Source: Candidatus Aenigmatarchaeota archaeon (lineage in GTDB: Archaea; Aenigmatarchaeota; Aenigmatarchaeia; CG10238-14; SCSR01). From it: 64,000 nt of DNA. The stretch covers positions 320,001 to 384,000 of the forward strand of contig JAVZHQ010000001.1 of the NCBI GenBank assembly GCA_038998335.1, in the 5' to 3' direction. The notes beneath the pieces were generated by a model that saw only the letters and a list, made by a program, of their open reading frames with translations, was not told the DNA's origin and ran no database searches. The translations under genes and the position numbers were made by a program. Below, one piece after another: positions 7,310 through 17,043 of this stretch (within the stretch, counting starts at the first letter, position 1; each line of letters starts with the position of its first letter).

Positions 7310-9448
7310 CTATTCCTTTTCTTCTTCCTCTTTGTCTCTCTTTTCTAGAAATTCTGTCAACTGCTTTGCTATGAGTTTTGCTGGAAGTGTTTGAGACACT
7401 GGCTTAACTATAGCCTTTATCAAAGAACCTATGCCAATTAGCACAAAGATTATTCCAACTATGCAGCAAATGTAACCTATTGCCATATCCAAGGCTGGAA
7501 CCGAGAGTAATGTCCATGAACCTATTTTCCAGTCTATTATGCCTATGGAAAGTTTTGCAAATATCAGATACTTTAGAAAGAATAAACCTAGAAAGAACGC
7601 AACGATACCGCAAAGGATTATCGAGATAGGAAACTTGAACCTTTGCCATACTGGTATGGTTACCTCTTTTACTATCTTTTTGCCTTCTTTTGCTGCAGTT
7701 TTTGCTAACTCTTTTGCCTTCTTTCTTTTGTACTCGTCTCTTGCTATTGCTCCTACTGTTACAATCATTGAAGTAATGCATACCGTTGCAAGAACCCAAA
7801 CCCAAGGACTAATTCCATGTTCACTTATTGGCTTGTCAGGATCAGAGTCTGGGTCTGGATCAGGTTTTGGATTTGGCGGAGTTCTGTCAACTATTTCTGT
7901 GTTGTTATCTGGCAGGACTGGTGGCAAAAGTTTGAAGCTTAAGTAAGCGTTGCTTGTCACTAGCCCATCCCAAGACCTTTTCACGTAGAAAAATACCTTT
8001 CCTTCTGTTTCGCTTGCTACGCCCAGGTTTTCCACCTCAAAACTAAGCTTTTCTGTTTCATTTGGCTTTAAAGTTATAGTAACGCTAGTAGGTTTAATAG
8101 AAGCTCTTGAAGTGCTTGTGTCAGCAATAACAATTGCAGAACTTGCTGTTTTTGCGTACTGCTTCAACACTACTTCACACTTTCTTTTCCCTGCTGCTTC
8201 TATCTCTGAACTTCCAACCCACTTCACGCTTTCTATTCTTATGTCAGCAATCGGTGGCCTATAAACCCAAGTTTCAGCAAGCTCAGTAGGAACAAAGAAA
8301 GTAACTATCGGAGCTCCGCTATAAGCTCCCCATGGAATTTCCACTATTACAGCATGAGGTTCGCCGTCTTTCATTTCTATCTGCCATTTATAACCTCTTA
8401 GCCATGTTTTGGCAATGTTTCCTTGACTTGTCATTTTATTTAGGTACCACATCAAGCTGTAGTCGCCTTCGCTTGGGTAGATGGGTGGAGCTATAGGATC
8501 TCTTATGAAGTTAATGTCCCAAAATCCATCTCGTGCAACCCAACCTTTTTCTGAATCGATTATCGGATAAGCTAAATCTGGCTGCTTGAAAGGTGCTGGA
8601 CTACCTGCAACATCCTTATCGCTTACTGCACAAGGATTCCATCTTACTACGCCGAACCAGAAGGTAGAGTAAGCTTTGCTGTCCTTTATATAGCAAAGTA
8701 CGCAACTTTTTGAAGGATAGTATACTGTGGTAGCACCATGATCATATCTTATATATTGGAGTGCTTCGCTTGTAAAAATGTAGTTCTCGTTGAAAAGGAC
8801 TATTTCAGGAACATGTGGCTCTGAGAAATCACCCTCTAGTCTACCTAAGTTTTTGATTAGTACAGGACCTTTTGGTGTGTTAACCACGAATTCCTTTTCT
8901 CCTGCCTCTGTGTTTAGCGAAGCTTTGCCCATTAGAGTACCTTCTAGATAAACAGAAACTTCGAAGATTGTGTATTTTTCCCAACTAGGCTCTCCCCATT
9001 GGTAATATTTAACTACTGTTGCTGGTATAGAAACATCTTTTTCGTACCAAACGTTACCGATAAGTTTGCTCGCGCATCCTCGATAAACTTTTGGTGCAAC
9101 TATTCTGTCTTCTATGGGAGCAAGCTTAAGTAATCTTTTGAAATAGGACTTTACTGGTTTTATTACTATTTCCACCGTTTTCTTCGTTTTTATCTTAGCT
9201 CCTTCTTCATCTTTCAAAGGCTGCGTTGTGTTTGCAGGAAGTTTTATTCTTCCCTCAAAGTTGTCCATCTGGTCTACTGCTGCAGTAAAAACCCAGTAGC
9301 CCCCTCGCCAATTCCCTGAGCTATCCTCGTCACCACCTTGCAACTGAACGTTTTGCGGTGGGGTTAAAAGTGTTGCTTCGCAGCTTACTGTTAAGCTAAG
9401 CACTAGGAAGAGAAGCAGCGCTACTATTGCTACTTTGTACTTTCGCAT
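7310..9448 (-). CDS. putative fusexin (Fsx1/HAP2-GCS1-like class II membrane fusogen)
   Basis: Signal peptide; ~490-aa beta-rich ectodomain ending in an Ig-like domain (PIVTFFVPTELAETWVYRPPIADIRIESV...EIEAAGKRKCEVVLK...TLKPNETEKLSFEV); Pro/Asp linker; three C-terminal TM helices. The CDS is certain; the family call is from recalled motif pattern. Confidence 0.6.
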   Translation of the reverse strand: MRKYKVAIVALLLFLVLSLTVSCEATLLTPPQNVQLQGGDEDSSGNWRGGYWVFTAAVDQMDNFEGRIKLPANTTQPLKDEEGAKIKTKKTVEIVIKPVKSYFKRLLKLAPIEDRIVAPKVYRGCASKLIGNVWYEKDVSIPATVVKYYQWGEPSWEKYTIFEVSVYLEGTLMGKASLNTEAGEKEFVVNTPKGPVLIKNLGRLEGDFSEPHVPEIVLFNENYIFTSEALQYIRYDHGATTVYYPSKSCVLCYIKDSKAYSTFWFGVVRWNPCAVSDKDVAGSPAPFKQPDLAYPIIDSEKGWVARDGFWDINFIRDPIAPPIYPSEGDYSLMWYLNKMTSQGNIAKTWLRGYKWQIEMKDGEPHAVIVEIPWGAYSGAPIVTFFVPTELAETWVYRPPIADIRIESVKWVGSSEIEAAGKRKCEVVLKQYAKTASSAIVIADTSTSRASIKPTSVTITLKPNETEKLSFEVENLGVASETEGKVFFYVKRSWDGLVTSNAYLSFKLLPPVLPDNNTEIVDRTPPNPKPDPDPDSDPDKPISEHGISPWVWVLATVCITSMIVTVGAIARDEYKRKKAKELAKTAAKEGKKIVKEVTIPVWQRFKFPISIILCGIVAFFLGLFFLKYLIFAKLSIGIIDWKIGSWTLLSVPALDMAIGYICCIVGIIFVLIGIGSLIKAIVKPVSQTLPAKLIAKQLTEFLEKRDKEEEEKE

Positions 9449-9470
9449 TTTTCTTCTTTCCTCCTTTTTT
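9399..9470 (-). repeat. RBS + signal-peptide module shared with the 6337-7194 gene
   Basis: 9399-9452 is identical to 7145-7198; both have the same TTTCCTCCTTTTT (AAAAAGGAGGAAA) RBS block upstream. Confidence 0.92.
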
Positions 9471-9816
9471 TATTTTCCTCATCATCTCGAGGAATTCTGC
9501 CATAGCTCAACTATGACTGTAAGAAGCCTCTCCCTTCCCCTAAAACTCTAAAGACAGCGCTTTTTCTTTCCCAAGACAAGTAGCTTTCAAAATTTTATAG
9601 AAGGCGATATTCTTGAGTACTTCACTTTTTTGTTTTTTTCTTATCTTGTTAGCTACTCTATCCAAAACGAATTTTGCACAGTCCTTTTGTAAGTGTAAAT
9701 TAGGTAAAGTAAGAGCATATGGATAATTTACTGCAAGCCATAGAAAGAAAAGTTTATAAAGAGAGAAAGGTTTTTAAATCTTTATATCTATTATTAACTA
9801 TTAAAAAGTGGTAACC

Positions 9817-10575
9817 ATGAAAATATTTACCGACTTAAACGATACCTTAGTTAATTGTAAGTTTGGTAACTTAGACTTGGCAATAGTTAAAGAACTTGAC
9901 AAGTATTACCCAGGAATTTTTAGGGATGCCATGAACGAGCTATTAGAAATTGCAAGCTGGGAAGATAAAGTAGCAAGAGCGTTTAAAGTTCTGGGCAAGT
10001 ATAGGGTCTCAAAAGAAGATTATTCTTGTGTTGCCGAGCAACTGGTAAATGGAAATGGTGTGAAGGTTTTTGAGCCTGTGATTAAAAGCTTGGAAAAGGT
10101 TTCTGACGTTTTAACAGGAATCTATATTTTTACAGGAAGTTCTCAAGAGGTTGCTGACCTTTTAACTGAGAAGAAAATTAAACCCTTACTTCCAAGTTAT
10201 GTTGAACTAATGGTTTTTGCCACACAACTATGCGAAGAAAAGGGAAGTTATACAGGAAAACTTAAGACTCTTTACGGTTTTAACGAGAGAAAAGAAATTA
10301 CAAGAAAATTGAAAGTTGGCGATGTTTCGGTGGGAATAGGAGATAATTATGCTACCGTTAACCAAGGTATGGTAAGAGAAACAAACTATGGAATTTTTCT
10401 TTCCAAAAAATGGAACACTATAGACAGGAAGGGGAATATTTTTTATGTAAGGCCAAAACACTTGTACGTTGCTATCGAGCAAATACTAAACGAAAGCTTA
10501 CCAGTTTGCAAGTGGATAATAAAGTGCGATTTGAGTGAGGCTTATGCAAGAGAAACTAATCCAAGAACTAAGTAA
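9817..10575 (+). CDS. HAD-superfamily hydrolase (phosphoserine phosphatase-like)
   Basis: IFTDLNDTL motif I, FTGS motif II, GIGDN motif IV. Confidence 0.7.
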   Translation: MKIFTDLNDTLVNCKFGNLDLAIVKELDKYYPGIFRDAMNELLEIASWEDKVARAFKVLGKYRVSKEDYSCVAEQLVNGNGVKVFEPVIKSLEKVSDVLTGIYIFTGSSQEVADLLTEKKIKPLLPSYVELMVFATQLCEEKGSYTGKLKTLYGFNERKEITRKLKVGDVSVGIGDNYATVNQGMVRETNYGIFLSKKWNTIDRKGNIFYVRPKHLYVAIEQILNESLPVCKWIIKCDLSEAYARETNPRTK

Positions 10576-11335
10576 TCTTGGATTAAGCAATTATGAAGCT
10601 AGAGTTTACTTAGCTCTAGCTTTAAAAGGGCCTTTAACAGGTTTTGAAATAAGCGAAGTTAGCAAAATTCCTTACCCAAAAGTTTACGAAACAATAAACA
10701 AACTTAAGCTTAAGAATATGATAGAAATTTCCTTCGAAGGAAAGCATAGGAAATTTAAAGCTGTTGACCCAGAAAATGCTTTTCAAAGATTAGTAAGAAC
10801 AAAGGAAGAAGAAATTCTTGAGTTTAAAAACAAAGTAAAAGAAGTTTCAGAACTAATAAAAAGCCAAAATCAAGAGGACAAACAAGATGGAAGTTTATGG
10901 ATTTCCCAAGGAAATAGAGAATTCTTGGAAAAAGTTTCTTTTATGATAGAAAAAGCAAACGATTATGCTTATGGCTTAACCAGAAAATTCTCAAGAATTG
11001 CTGAGTTGGATGAAGAGATTATTAAGGCAGCAAAAAGAGGGGTTAAGATTAAACTTCTTGGTACTTCTTCTTTTGACGAGATAAGCTTAGCAAGAGCTCA
11101 ATGGTATGTTGCAAACAAAATAGAAATAAGAACTTTAGAGTTAGAAGAACAACCAAGAATTTGTTTAATAGACGGGAAAGAAGTTTGCATAAGAATAGAT
11201 AACCAAAACAACTCGCAGGTTATTTGGTCTGACAATCCACACTTGGTTAACTTGATTAAAAAATATTTTGAGCTTTTGTGGGAAAAAGCAGAAGAATTCA
11301 AACTTCCAAAAAATACTTTAACTTCTTCCTTCTAA
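10544..11335 (+). CDS. TrmB family transcriptional regulator
   Basis: LGLSNYEARVYLAL...IPYPKVYETINKL HTH plus PLD-like C-terminal domain. Confidence 0.9.
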   Translation: MQEKLIQELSNLGLSNYEARVYLALALKGPLTGFEISEVSKIPYPKVYETINKLKLKNMIEISFEGKHRKFKAVDPENAFQRLVRTKEEEILEFKNKVKEVSELIKSQNQEDKQDGSLWISQGNREFLEKVSFMIEKANDYAYGLTRKFSRIAELDEEIIKAAKRGVKIKLLGTSSFDEISLARAQWYVANKIEIRTLELEEQPRICLIDGKEVCIRIDNQNNSQVIWSDNPHLVNLIKKYFELLWEKAEEFKLPKNTLTSSF

Positions 11336-11343
11336 ATTAATGT

Positions 11344-12606
11344 ATGATTCAGCTTAACTTCCTAGGAGCTTTAAACACAGTAGGAGCTTCTGGAGTTTTT
11401 ATCGATAATGGAATAGAAAAAATTCTTTTAGATTATGGGACAAAAATTCAGGAAATTCCTCCAAAATTTCCTTTGTCTGTTTCTCATCCAATAGATGCTT
11501 TGCTTCTCTCTCATTCGCATCTAGACCATTCAGGTGGAATGCCGATACTTTTTAAAAACTCCAACTCATGTCCAATTTTTGCTATAAACGTTAACAAAGA
11601 ATTGGTTGAGCTTCTTTTGTTTGATTCTATTAAAGTGAGTAGGGAAGAAGGGGTTGAGCTACCTTTTAGAAAAAGAGAAGTGAAAAAGACAATAAAAAAT
11701 TTTTTACCTGTTAACTATAGAGAAAGTTTTAAGATTCATAAAAGCAAGATAACTTTTTTTGACGCAGGTCATATTCCTGGCTCTGCAATGATTTTTATTG
11801 ATTTTGGTGAAAAAACCTTACTTTATACAGGTGATTTTAACACCATAGAAACAAGACTTTTGAAAAAAGCAGACTTAAACTTGCCAGAAATAGATGTTTT
11901 AATAACAGAAAGTACTTATAGCGATAGAGACCATCCTGAAAGAAAAGAGCAAGAAAAAGAGCTGATAGAAACTATAAGGGAAACTTTGTCAAGAGATGGA
12001 ATTTGCTTGATAGCTGGTTTTGCTGTTGGAAGAATAGACGAAATTCTACTTGTCCTTGATTCTTATGGAATAGACTATCCTGTTTTTGTTGACGGAATGG
12101 CAAAAAAAGCCATAACAATAATAAACAAGTACAATAATTTGCTAAAAAACCCAAAAAGCTTGGATAAAGCTTTGGAAAAAGTAGAGTATGTAAAAAGCCA
12201 GAAAATGAGAAAAAGGATTTTAAAAGAACCTTGTGTTATTCTTTCAACTAGCGGGATGCTTTCTGGCGGGCCAATAGTTGAGTACATAAAAAGGCTTTAT
12301 TCAAGAGAAGATTGTAGTCTTGTTCTTACCTCTTTTCAGCTAGAAGGTACTCCTGGCAAAACATTGCTTGAAACAGGAAGATATATAAATGAAGAGCTTG
12401 ACTTAGATGTAAAAATGCAGGTTAAAAGACTTGATTTTTCTTCTCATGTTGGAAGAAAGGGTTTGTTTGAGTTCATAGAAAAAGTTTCTCCTGAAAAAGT
12501 TTTTTGTGTACATGGCGATCATACACAAGAGTTTGCCTCTGAGCTTAAAGAAAAAGGTTTTGACGCTGTTGCTCCTTTAGCAAACAACAGAGTTTTTAAT
12601 CTTTAA
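11344..12606 (+). CDS. MBL-fold beta-CASP ribonuclease
   Basis: SHSHLDHSG, AGHIPGS, TGDF, ESTY, FSSH and VHGD motifs. Confidence 0.9.
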   Translation: MIQLNFLGALNTVGASGVFIDNGIEKILLDYGTKIQEIPPKFPLSVSHPIDALLLSHSHLDHSGGMPILFKNSNSCPIFAINVNKELVELLLFDSIKVSREEGVELPFRKREVKKTIKNFLPVNYRESFKIHKSKITFFDAGHIPGSAMIFIDFGEKTLLYTGDFNTIETRLLKKADLNLPEIDVLITESTYSDRDHPERKEQEKELIETIRETLSRDGICLIAGFAVGRIDEILLVLDSYGIDYPVFVDGMAKKAITIINKYNNLLKNPKSLDKALEKVEYVKSQKMRKRILKEPCVILSTSGMLSGGPIVEYIKRLYSREDCSLVLTSFQLEGTPGKTLLETGRYINEELDLDVKMQVKRLDFSSHVGRKGLFEFIEKVSPEKVFCVHGDHTQEFASELKEKGFDAVAPLANNRVFNL

Positions 12607-12661
12607 AACAAAAATATTAACCAAAAAGTAGTAAAATTTAAATATTTATCACTCAATAATA

Positions 12662-12940
12662 GTGACTATGAAAGGAAATGAGTTAGAGTTTTGCACAGAA
12701 AAATACAAGAAATGGCGCAACATAGCTTTAAATTCAGAAAATTTGGAAGAAGCTAAAAAAGCAGCTGAAAGAGCGTTTTTCTGGTTAGAGCTTTATTCAG
12801 CTTACTTAGCTATATTATCAGCAGAGAAGCTTGCTAAGCATAATAAAAAACTAAAAAATAAAATTTTTGCTGCAAGAATAAAAATTTGTAAGAAATTGAA
12901 CGAATACTCAAAACAAATGCTTAACGATTTAAGACTGTAA
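12662..12940 (+). CDS. hypothetical protein
   Basis: 92-aa helical ORF filling the intergenic space. Confidence 0.6.
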   Translation: MTMKGNELEFCTEKYKKWRNIALNSENLEEAKKAAERAFFWLELYSAYLAILSAEKLAKHNKKLKNKIFAARIKICKKLNEYSKQMLNDLRL

Positions 12941-13837
12941 GTTTTTGAGAGTTTCCAAGAATTTTTCCGTTGATAAAAATCCTTTTATGCTTGCTCCTCC
13001 TGCTGTTGTATGACCCCCTCCTCCAAAAAGGTTAACTATTTTATAAACATCTTTTCCGGTGTGGCTTCTTAGCTCAAGTTTTGTGAATATCGTGTTTTTA
13101 AGTTCATCAACTTTATGGAATATTGCTGCGATGAAATCAAAAGGTGCGTTAGAATGTTCTTTAAGCTTATCGTTTATTATGTGAACTGGTATCGGATTGT
13201 TAGACTCATAAACTGCTATTCTGTTTCCATTCACTTCAAACACCTTAGCTTTTTTTAACACGTCTTCCTCTGCTTGTCTTTTCCACTCGTAGTAATTTTT
13301 CAAAAGTATTGTAATGCTTTTGTTTTGCTCAAATTTTTCTATTCCAGAAAAAGCTAAATCTCTAGCTAAACTCCTTAGCTTATGATAAGATTTAGTAAAC
13401 TTGATTGCAGCTATCAAATCTCTTAGAAATAAAGCTTCATCGCTTTTAATCTCGTTTCTATCTATTTCATTTGCTATTCCTATTAAATTTGATTCTATTC
13501 CAAAATACTTACCAACAAGCTGAGAGGCGCTTGGGCTTGAGCTATCGACAAAAACCTCAACGTTTTTATATTCTTCTTGCTTTGGCCAAATATGGTGGTC
13601 TATCCAAACAGCTTTTTCAAAAAGAGAAGATAGAAGAAGGGATTTGCTATCAGCAGAAATGTCAAAAACATAAAGCTTTCCTAGCTTTCCTTTGATTATA
13701 CAAGAGAATAAAGTTTTTTTGATTTTAGAAGGCGAGGAAAAATAAACATTAGCTTTACTTCCAAATTTTTTAAAGAATAAGGATAAGCAAATTATTCCGT
13801 CTGCATCGTTATGAGTTATGACAAGAGGAATTTCCAT
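12929..13837 (-). CDS. DHH/DHHA1 phosphoesterase
   Basis: HNDADG, WIDHH and GGGGHTTAGG motifs. Confidence 0.88.
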   Translation of the reverse strand: MEIPLVITHNDADGIICLSLFFKKFGSKANVYFSSPSKIKKTLFSCIIKGKLGKLYVFDISADSKSLLLSSLFEKAVWIDHHIWPKQEEYKNVEVFVDSSSPSASQLVGKYFGIESNLIGIANEIDRNEIKSDEALFLRDLIAAIKFTKSYHKLRSLARDLAFSGIEKFEQNKSITILLKNYYEWKRQAEEDVLKKAKVFEVNGNRIAVYESNNPIPVHIINDKLKEHSNAPFDFIAAIFHKVDELKNTIFTKLELRSHTGKDVYKIVNLFGGGGHTTAGGASIKGFLSTEKFLETLKNLQS

Positions 13838-13866
13838 ATTTATTAAATTATTGCCAATTTATTTAT

Positions 13867-15072
13867 ATGAAGAAAAGTTTAAGAAAAAAGGTTGTTTTTT
13901 TGGTTGTTGATGGGTTAGCTGATTTACCTATAAACAACAAAACTCCTTTAAGCGAGGCAAAAAAGCCTAACCTTGATTACTTTGCTTCTAACGGTTTGCT
14001 AGGGCAAATAATTCCTGTTAAAAAGTCCTACTGGAACGAATTAACAAGAACTAGTGTAAGTCATATAGCAAACATTTCCTTGCTTGGTTTTAACCCTTAT
14101 AAACTTGAAATTAAAAGAGGTCCTTTAGAAGCTGTTGGGGCAAACATCCCTTATACTGAAGGACATTTAGCAGTAAGATGCAACTTTGCTACTGTTGATA
14201 AAGAGCTAACTGTTTTAGATAGGCATATAGGAAGAAACTTTTCTGGCTTGGATGAAATCGCAAGAACAATAAACGAACAAGTTAATATTGGCGTACCTTT
14301 TGTTTTTATGCGAACTTATGGACATAGAGCAGTTTTAATAATAAAAGAAAAATTGAGCGATAAGATAACGGATTCTGACCCTTATTATGACGGAGAAAAG
14401 GTGAGAAGAGTTGAGCCTTTGGAGCCAGAAGCAAAAAGGAGTGCAGAACTTGTTCAAAAGTTTTTAGATAGAGCAAGGGAGCTTATAGAGTTTCATCCTG
14501 CTAATGAAAAAAGGATTAAAGATGGTTTGCCGCCAGCAAACTATATAATAACAAGAGAAGCAGGAAACAAACTGCCTTCTTTACCAAACTTTTCGAAAAA
14601 GTATAAGGTAAAAGCTGTTTGCGTAGCTGAAAACGGAGTGATGAAAGCAACTTGCTTGCTTGCAGGCTTTAACGCAATAACAGTTCCTGAGCTCAAGTTT
14701 CAGCCCAGCTTAAAATTTATATTCGATAGCATAGACGCTGCTTTGGCTGAGTATGATTTTGTTTATGCTCACATAAAAGGGCCTGATGAGCCTGCTCATG
14801 ATGGCGACTTCCATAAAAAAAGAGAAATGATAGAAGAAATTGACAGAAAGCTTGAGCGTTTCAGGAATTTTAAGGGAATTTTGGTTGTAACTTGCGACCA
14901 TATTACTTCTTGCAAAACAAGAAAACATGAATTTGGAGCAGTGCCGGTATTAGTTTACGGAAAAGGGAAAGGGAAATCAAAAAGTTTTAGCGAGATGGAA
15001 GCTGAGAAAGGGAAGCTTGGACTAATAACTGGAAAGAAACTAATGGAGTTTATTTTGAAGGATTCTAACTAA
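13867..15072 (+). CDS. apgM: 2,3-bisphosphoglycerate-independent phosphoglycerate mutase (archaeal type)
   Basis: VVDGLAD, RGPLEA, RCNFAT, HIKGPDEPAHDG and TCDH motifs. Confidence 0.9.
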   Translation: MKKSLRKKVVFLVVDGLADLPINNKTPLSEAKKPNLDYFASNGLLGQIIPVKKSYWNELTRTSVSHIANISLLGFNPYKLEIKRGPLEAVGANIPYTEGHLAVRCNFATVDKELTVLDRHIGRNFSGLDEIARTINEQVNIGVPFVFMRTYGHRAVLIIKEKLSDKITDSDPYYDGEKVRRVEPLEPEAKRSAELVQKFLDRARELIEFHPANEKRIKDGLPPANYIITREAGNKLPSLPNFSKKYKVKAVCVAENGVMKATCLLAGFNAITVPELKFQPSLKFIFDSIDAALAEYDFVYAHIKGPDEPAHDGDFHKKREMIEEIDRKLERFRNFKGILVVTCDHITSCKTRKHEFGAVPVLVYGKGKGKSKSFSEMEAEKGKLGLITGKKLMEFILKDSN

Positions 15073-15103
15073 CTTTTTATTTAAAAAAATCGAATTTCAA
15101 ATT

Positions 15104-16264
15104 ATGATAGCCCAGAATTTAGAGATAAGAAGAATTCTTGCAACTAATTCTCAAGAAACTATAGAAATTGAGCTTGAGTTTAAAAAAGGAAAGGTTAGAA
15201 GTTCTGTACCAATAGGAACAAGCGTTGGAAAATATGAAGCAAAATATTTGCCTGTTGATCAAGTTTTAAAGAAATTTTCTTTAATTAAAAAGCATTTTAT
15301 TAACGAAGATTTTAAAAATCAGGAAGACGTTGATTTGCTTTTGCGCTCAATAGATACTACTCCTGATTTGAGAGAAATAGGAGCAAACTTAGCCTTAGGA
15401 ATTTCTTCTGCTTTTCTCAAAGCTTTTGCCTTGAATGAAGGCAAAGAAGTTTTCGAGTATTTATCGAAAGGAAAGCCTTCAATCCCAAAACCAATTTGTA
15501 ATATAGTAGGGGGTTGGAAGGATTCAAAAGTTGACATTCAAGAGTATCTGCTCTTACCTGAACATCAAAAATCATTTTCAGATTCTGTATCAAAAATAGC
15601 AAAAGCCTATAGAGAAACAGGAAAAATGCTTATAGATAAAGATGAAACCTTTGCCTTTTCTAAAAACTTAGAATCAGCATGGGTAACCAACCTTAAACCT
15701 GAGGAAATCCTGAAAATTTTAGAAAATTGTGCAGAAAATTTTGATTTAGTTATAGGTTTGGACGTTGCAGCATCTCAACTTTGGGACGGAGAAAAGTATT
15801 TCTATTCAAAACTAAACTTAAGGCTAACAAGAACAGAGCAACTAGCTTTTATAGAAAAGTTAGCAAGAGAATTTTCAATTCTTTACATAGAAGACCCTTT
15901 CCATGAAGATGATTTCATAGGTTTCAGCACTTTAACCCATAGGTTAAGAGGAAGAATAATTTGTGGTGATGATTTGTACGCAAGCAATTTAAAAAGATTT
16001 AAGGAAGGGGTTTTACACAAAGCAACAAACGGAATTATAATTAAACCCAATCAAATAGGAACTATTAGCGATGTTATAAAACTTTGCGAGGAAGCAAAAA
16101 AGGAAAAGCATGCAAGAATAATTTCTCATCGTTCAGGCGAAACAGAAGATACTTTGATTTGCCATTTGGCTGTTGGTTTAGGTTGCGAATACATAAAGCT
16201 TGGGATAAGCGGGGAAAGAACAGTAAAGATTAACGAATTGATAAGAATAGAAGAAAAAATATAA
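15104..16264 (+). CDS. eno: enolase (divergent)
   Basis: GLDVAAS, IEDPF, GDDL, KPNQIG and SHRSGETED motifs. Confidence 0.85.
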   Translation: MIAQNLEIRRILATNSQETIEIELEFKKGKVRSSVPIGTSVGKYEAKYLPVDQVLKKFSLIKKHFINEDFKNQEDVDLLLRSIDTTPDLREIGANLALGISSAFLKAFALNEGKEVFEYLSKGKPSIPKPICNIVGGWKDSKVDIQEYLLLPEHQKSFSDSVSKIAKAYRETGKMLIDKDETFAFSKNLESAWVTNLKPEEILKILENCAENFDLVIGLDVAASQLWDGEKYFYSKLNLRLTRTEQLAFIEKLAREFSILYIEDPFHEDDFIGFSTLTHRLRGRIICGDDLYASNLKRFKEGVLHKATNGIIIKPNQIGTISDVIKLCEEAKKEKHARIISHRSGETEDTLICHLAVGLGCEYIKLGISGERTVKINELIRIEEKI

Positions 16265-16336
16265 GGCAAAATATCTTTTCATTTATATTAAATCTTTATA
16301 TTTAACATTAAAGTATAATTTATTTTACCGATTCTT

Positions 16337-17020
16337 ATGAAGTACTCTTTCGAGAAAAGACAGAGAGAAAAGAAAATAGAAAGAATAGTTAAGGAATTGA
16401 AAAGAGTAAGATGGCAGTACAGAAACACAATCTTCTTTTTAATAAGCATTTTTGTAGCATATCTAATCTTAAGAAACGAAAGTTTCGTAGAAATGCTTTA
16501 TAGCTTAGGAAGAATCGGCTATCTTGGTTCTTTTTTCTCTGGCTTATTCTATACTTTTAGCTTGAGCGTAGCCATTTCAACAGTAATATTCTATAAAATG
16601 GGGAAGTATTTTAACCCTTTTTTAATAGCTTTTGTAGGTGCTTTTGGAAGTGTTATAAGTGATTATTTTATTTTTAGGTTTGTTAGAGATAATTTAGTTG
16701 ACGAGATAAAGCTTTTAGTTAACAACACAAGCAAAAAAGTTGTTAAAACTTTCAAAAATTCGATATTCTATAAAATTTTTCCTTTCTCAAATTTAGCTTT
16801 ATCTGAAATTTTTGAAAGAACTTGGCTTAAAGTTTCTCGCTCAAGAAAATGGAAAATTTTAATAAGTTTTCTTGGTTGCTGCATGATAGCTTCTCCTTTG
16901 CCTGATGAGCTAGGAATAGCCCTTCTCGGCTCGGTAAAACTTGAGTCAAAGAAGTTCATAATCTTTTCTTACTTGTTAAACTTCATCGGAATTTTTCTTA
17001 TAGCTTCGCTATGGTTTTAA
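16337..17020 (+). CDS. membrane protein
   Basis: Multiple TM segments, SPLPDELG motif. Confidence 0.7.
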   Translation: MKYSFEKRQREKKIERIVKELKRVRWQYRNTIFFLISIFVAYLILRNESFVEMLYSLGRIGYLGSFFSGLFYTFSLSVAISTVIFYKMGKYFNPFLIAFVGAFGSVISDYFIFRFVRDNLVDEIKLLVNNTSKKVVKTFKNSIFYKIFPFSNLALSEIFERTWLKVSRSRKWKILISFLGCCMIASPLPDELGIALLGSVKLESKKFIIFSYLLNFIGIFLIASLWF

Positions 17021-17043
17021 ACGTTAAAAAACAAATATAAAAT

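Noticed and set aside
9480-9745. Possible small minus-strand ORF upstream of the fusexin-like gene
   Set aside because: An open stretch exists but I found no convincing in-frame start or recognisable motif.
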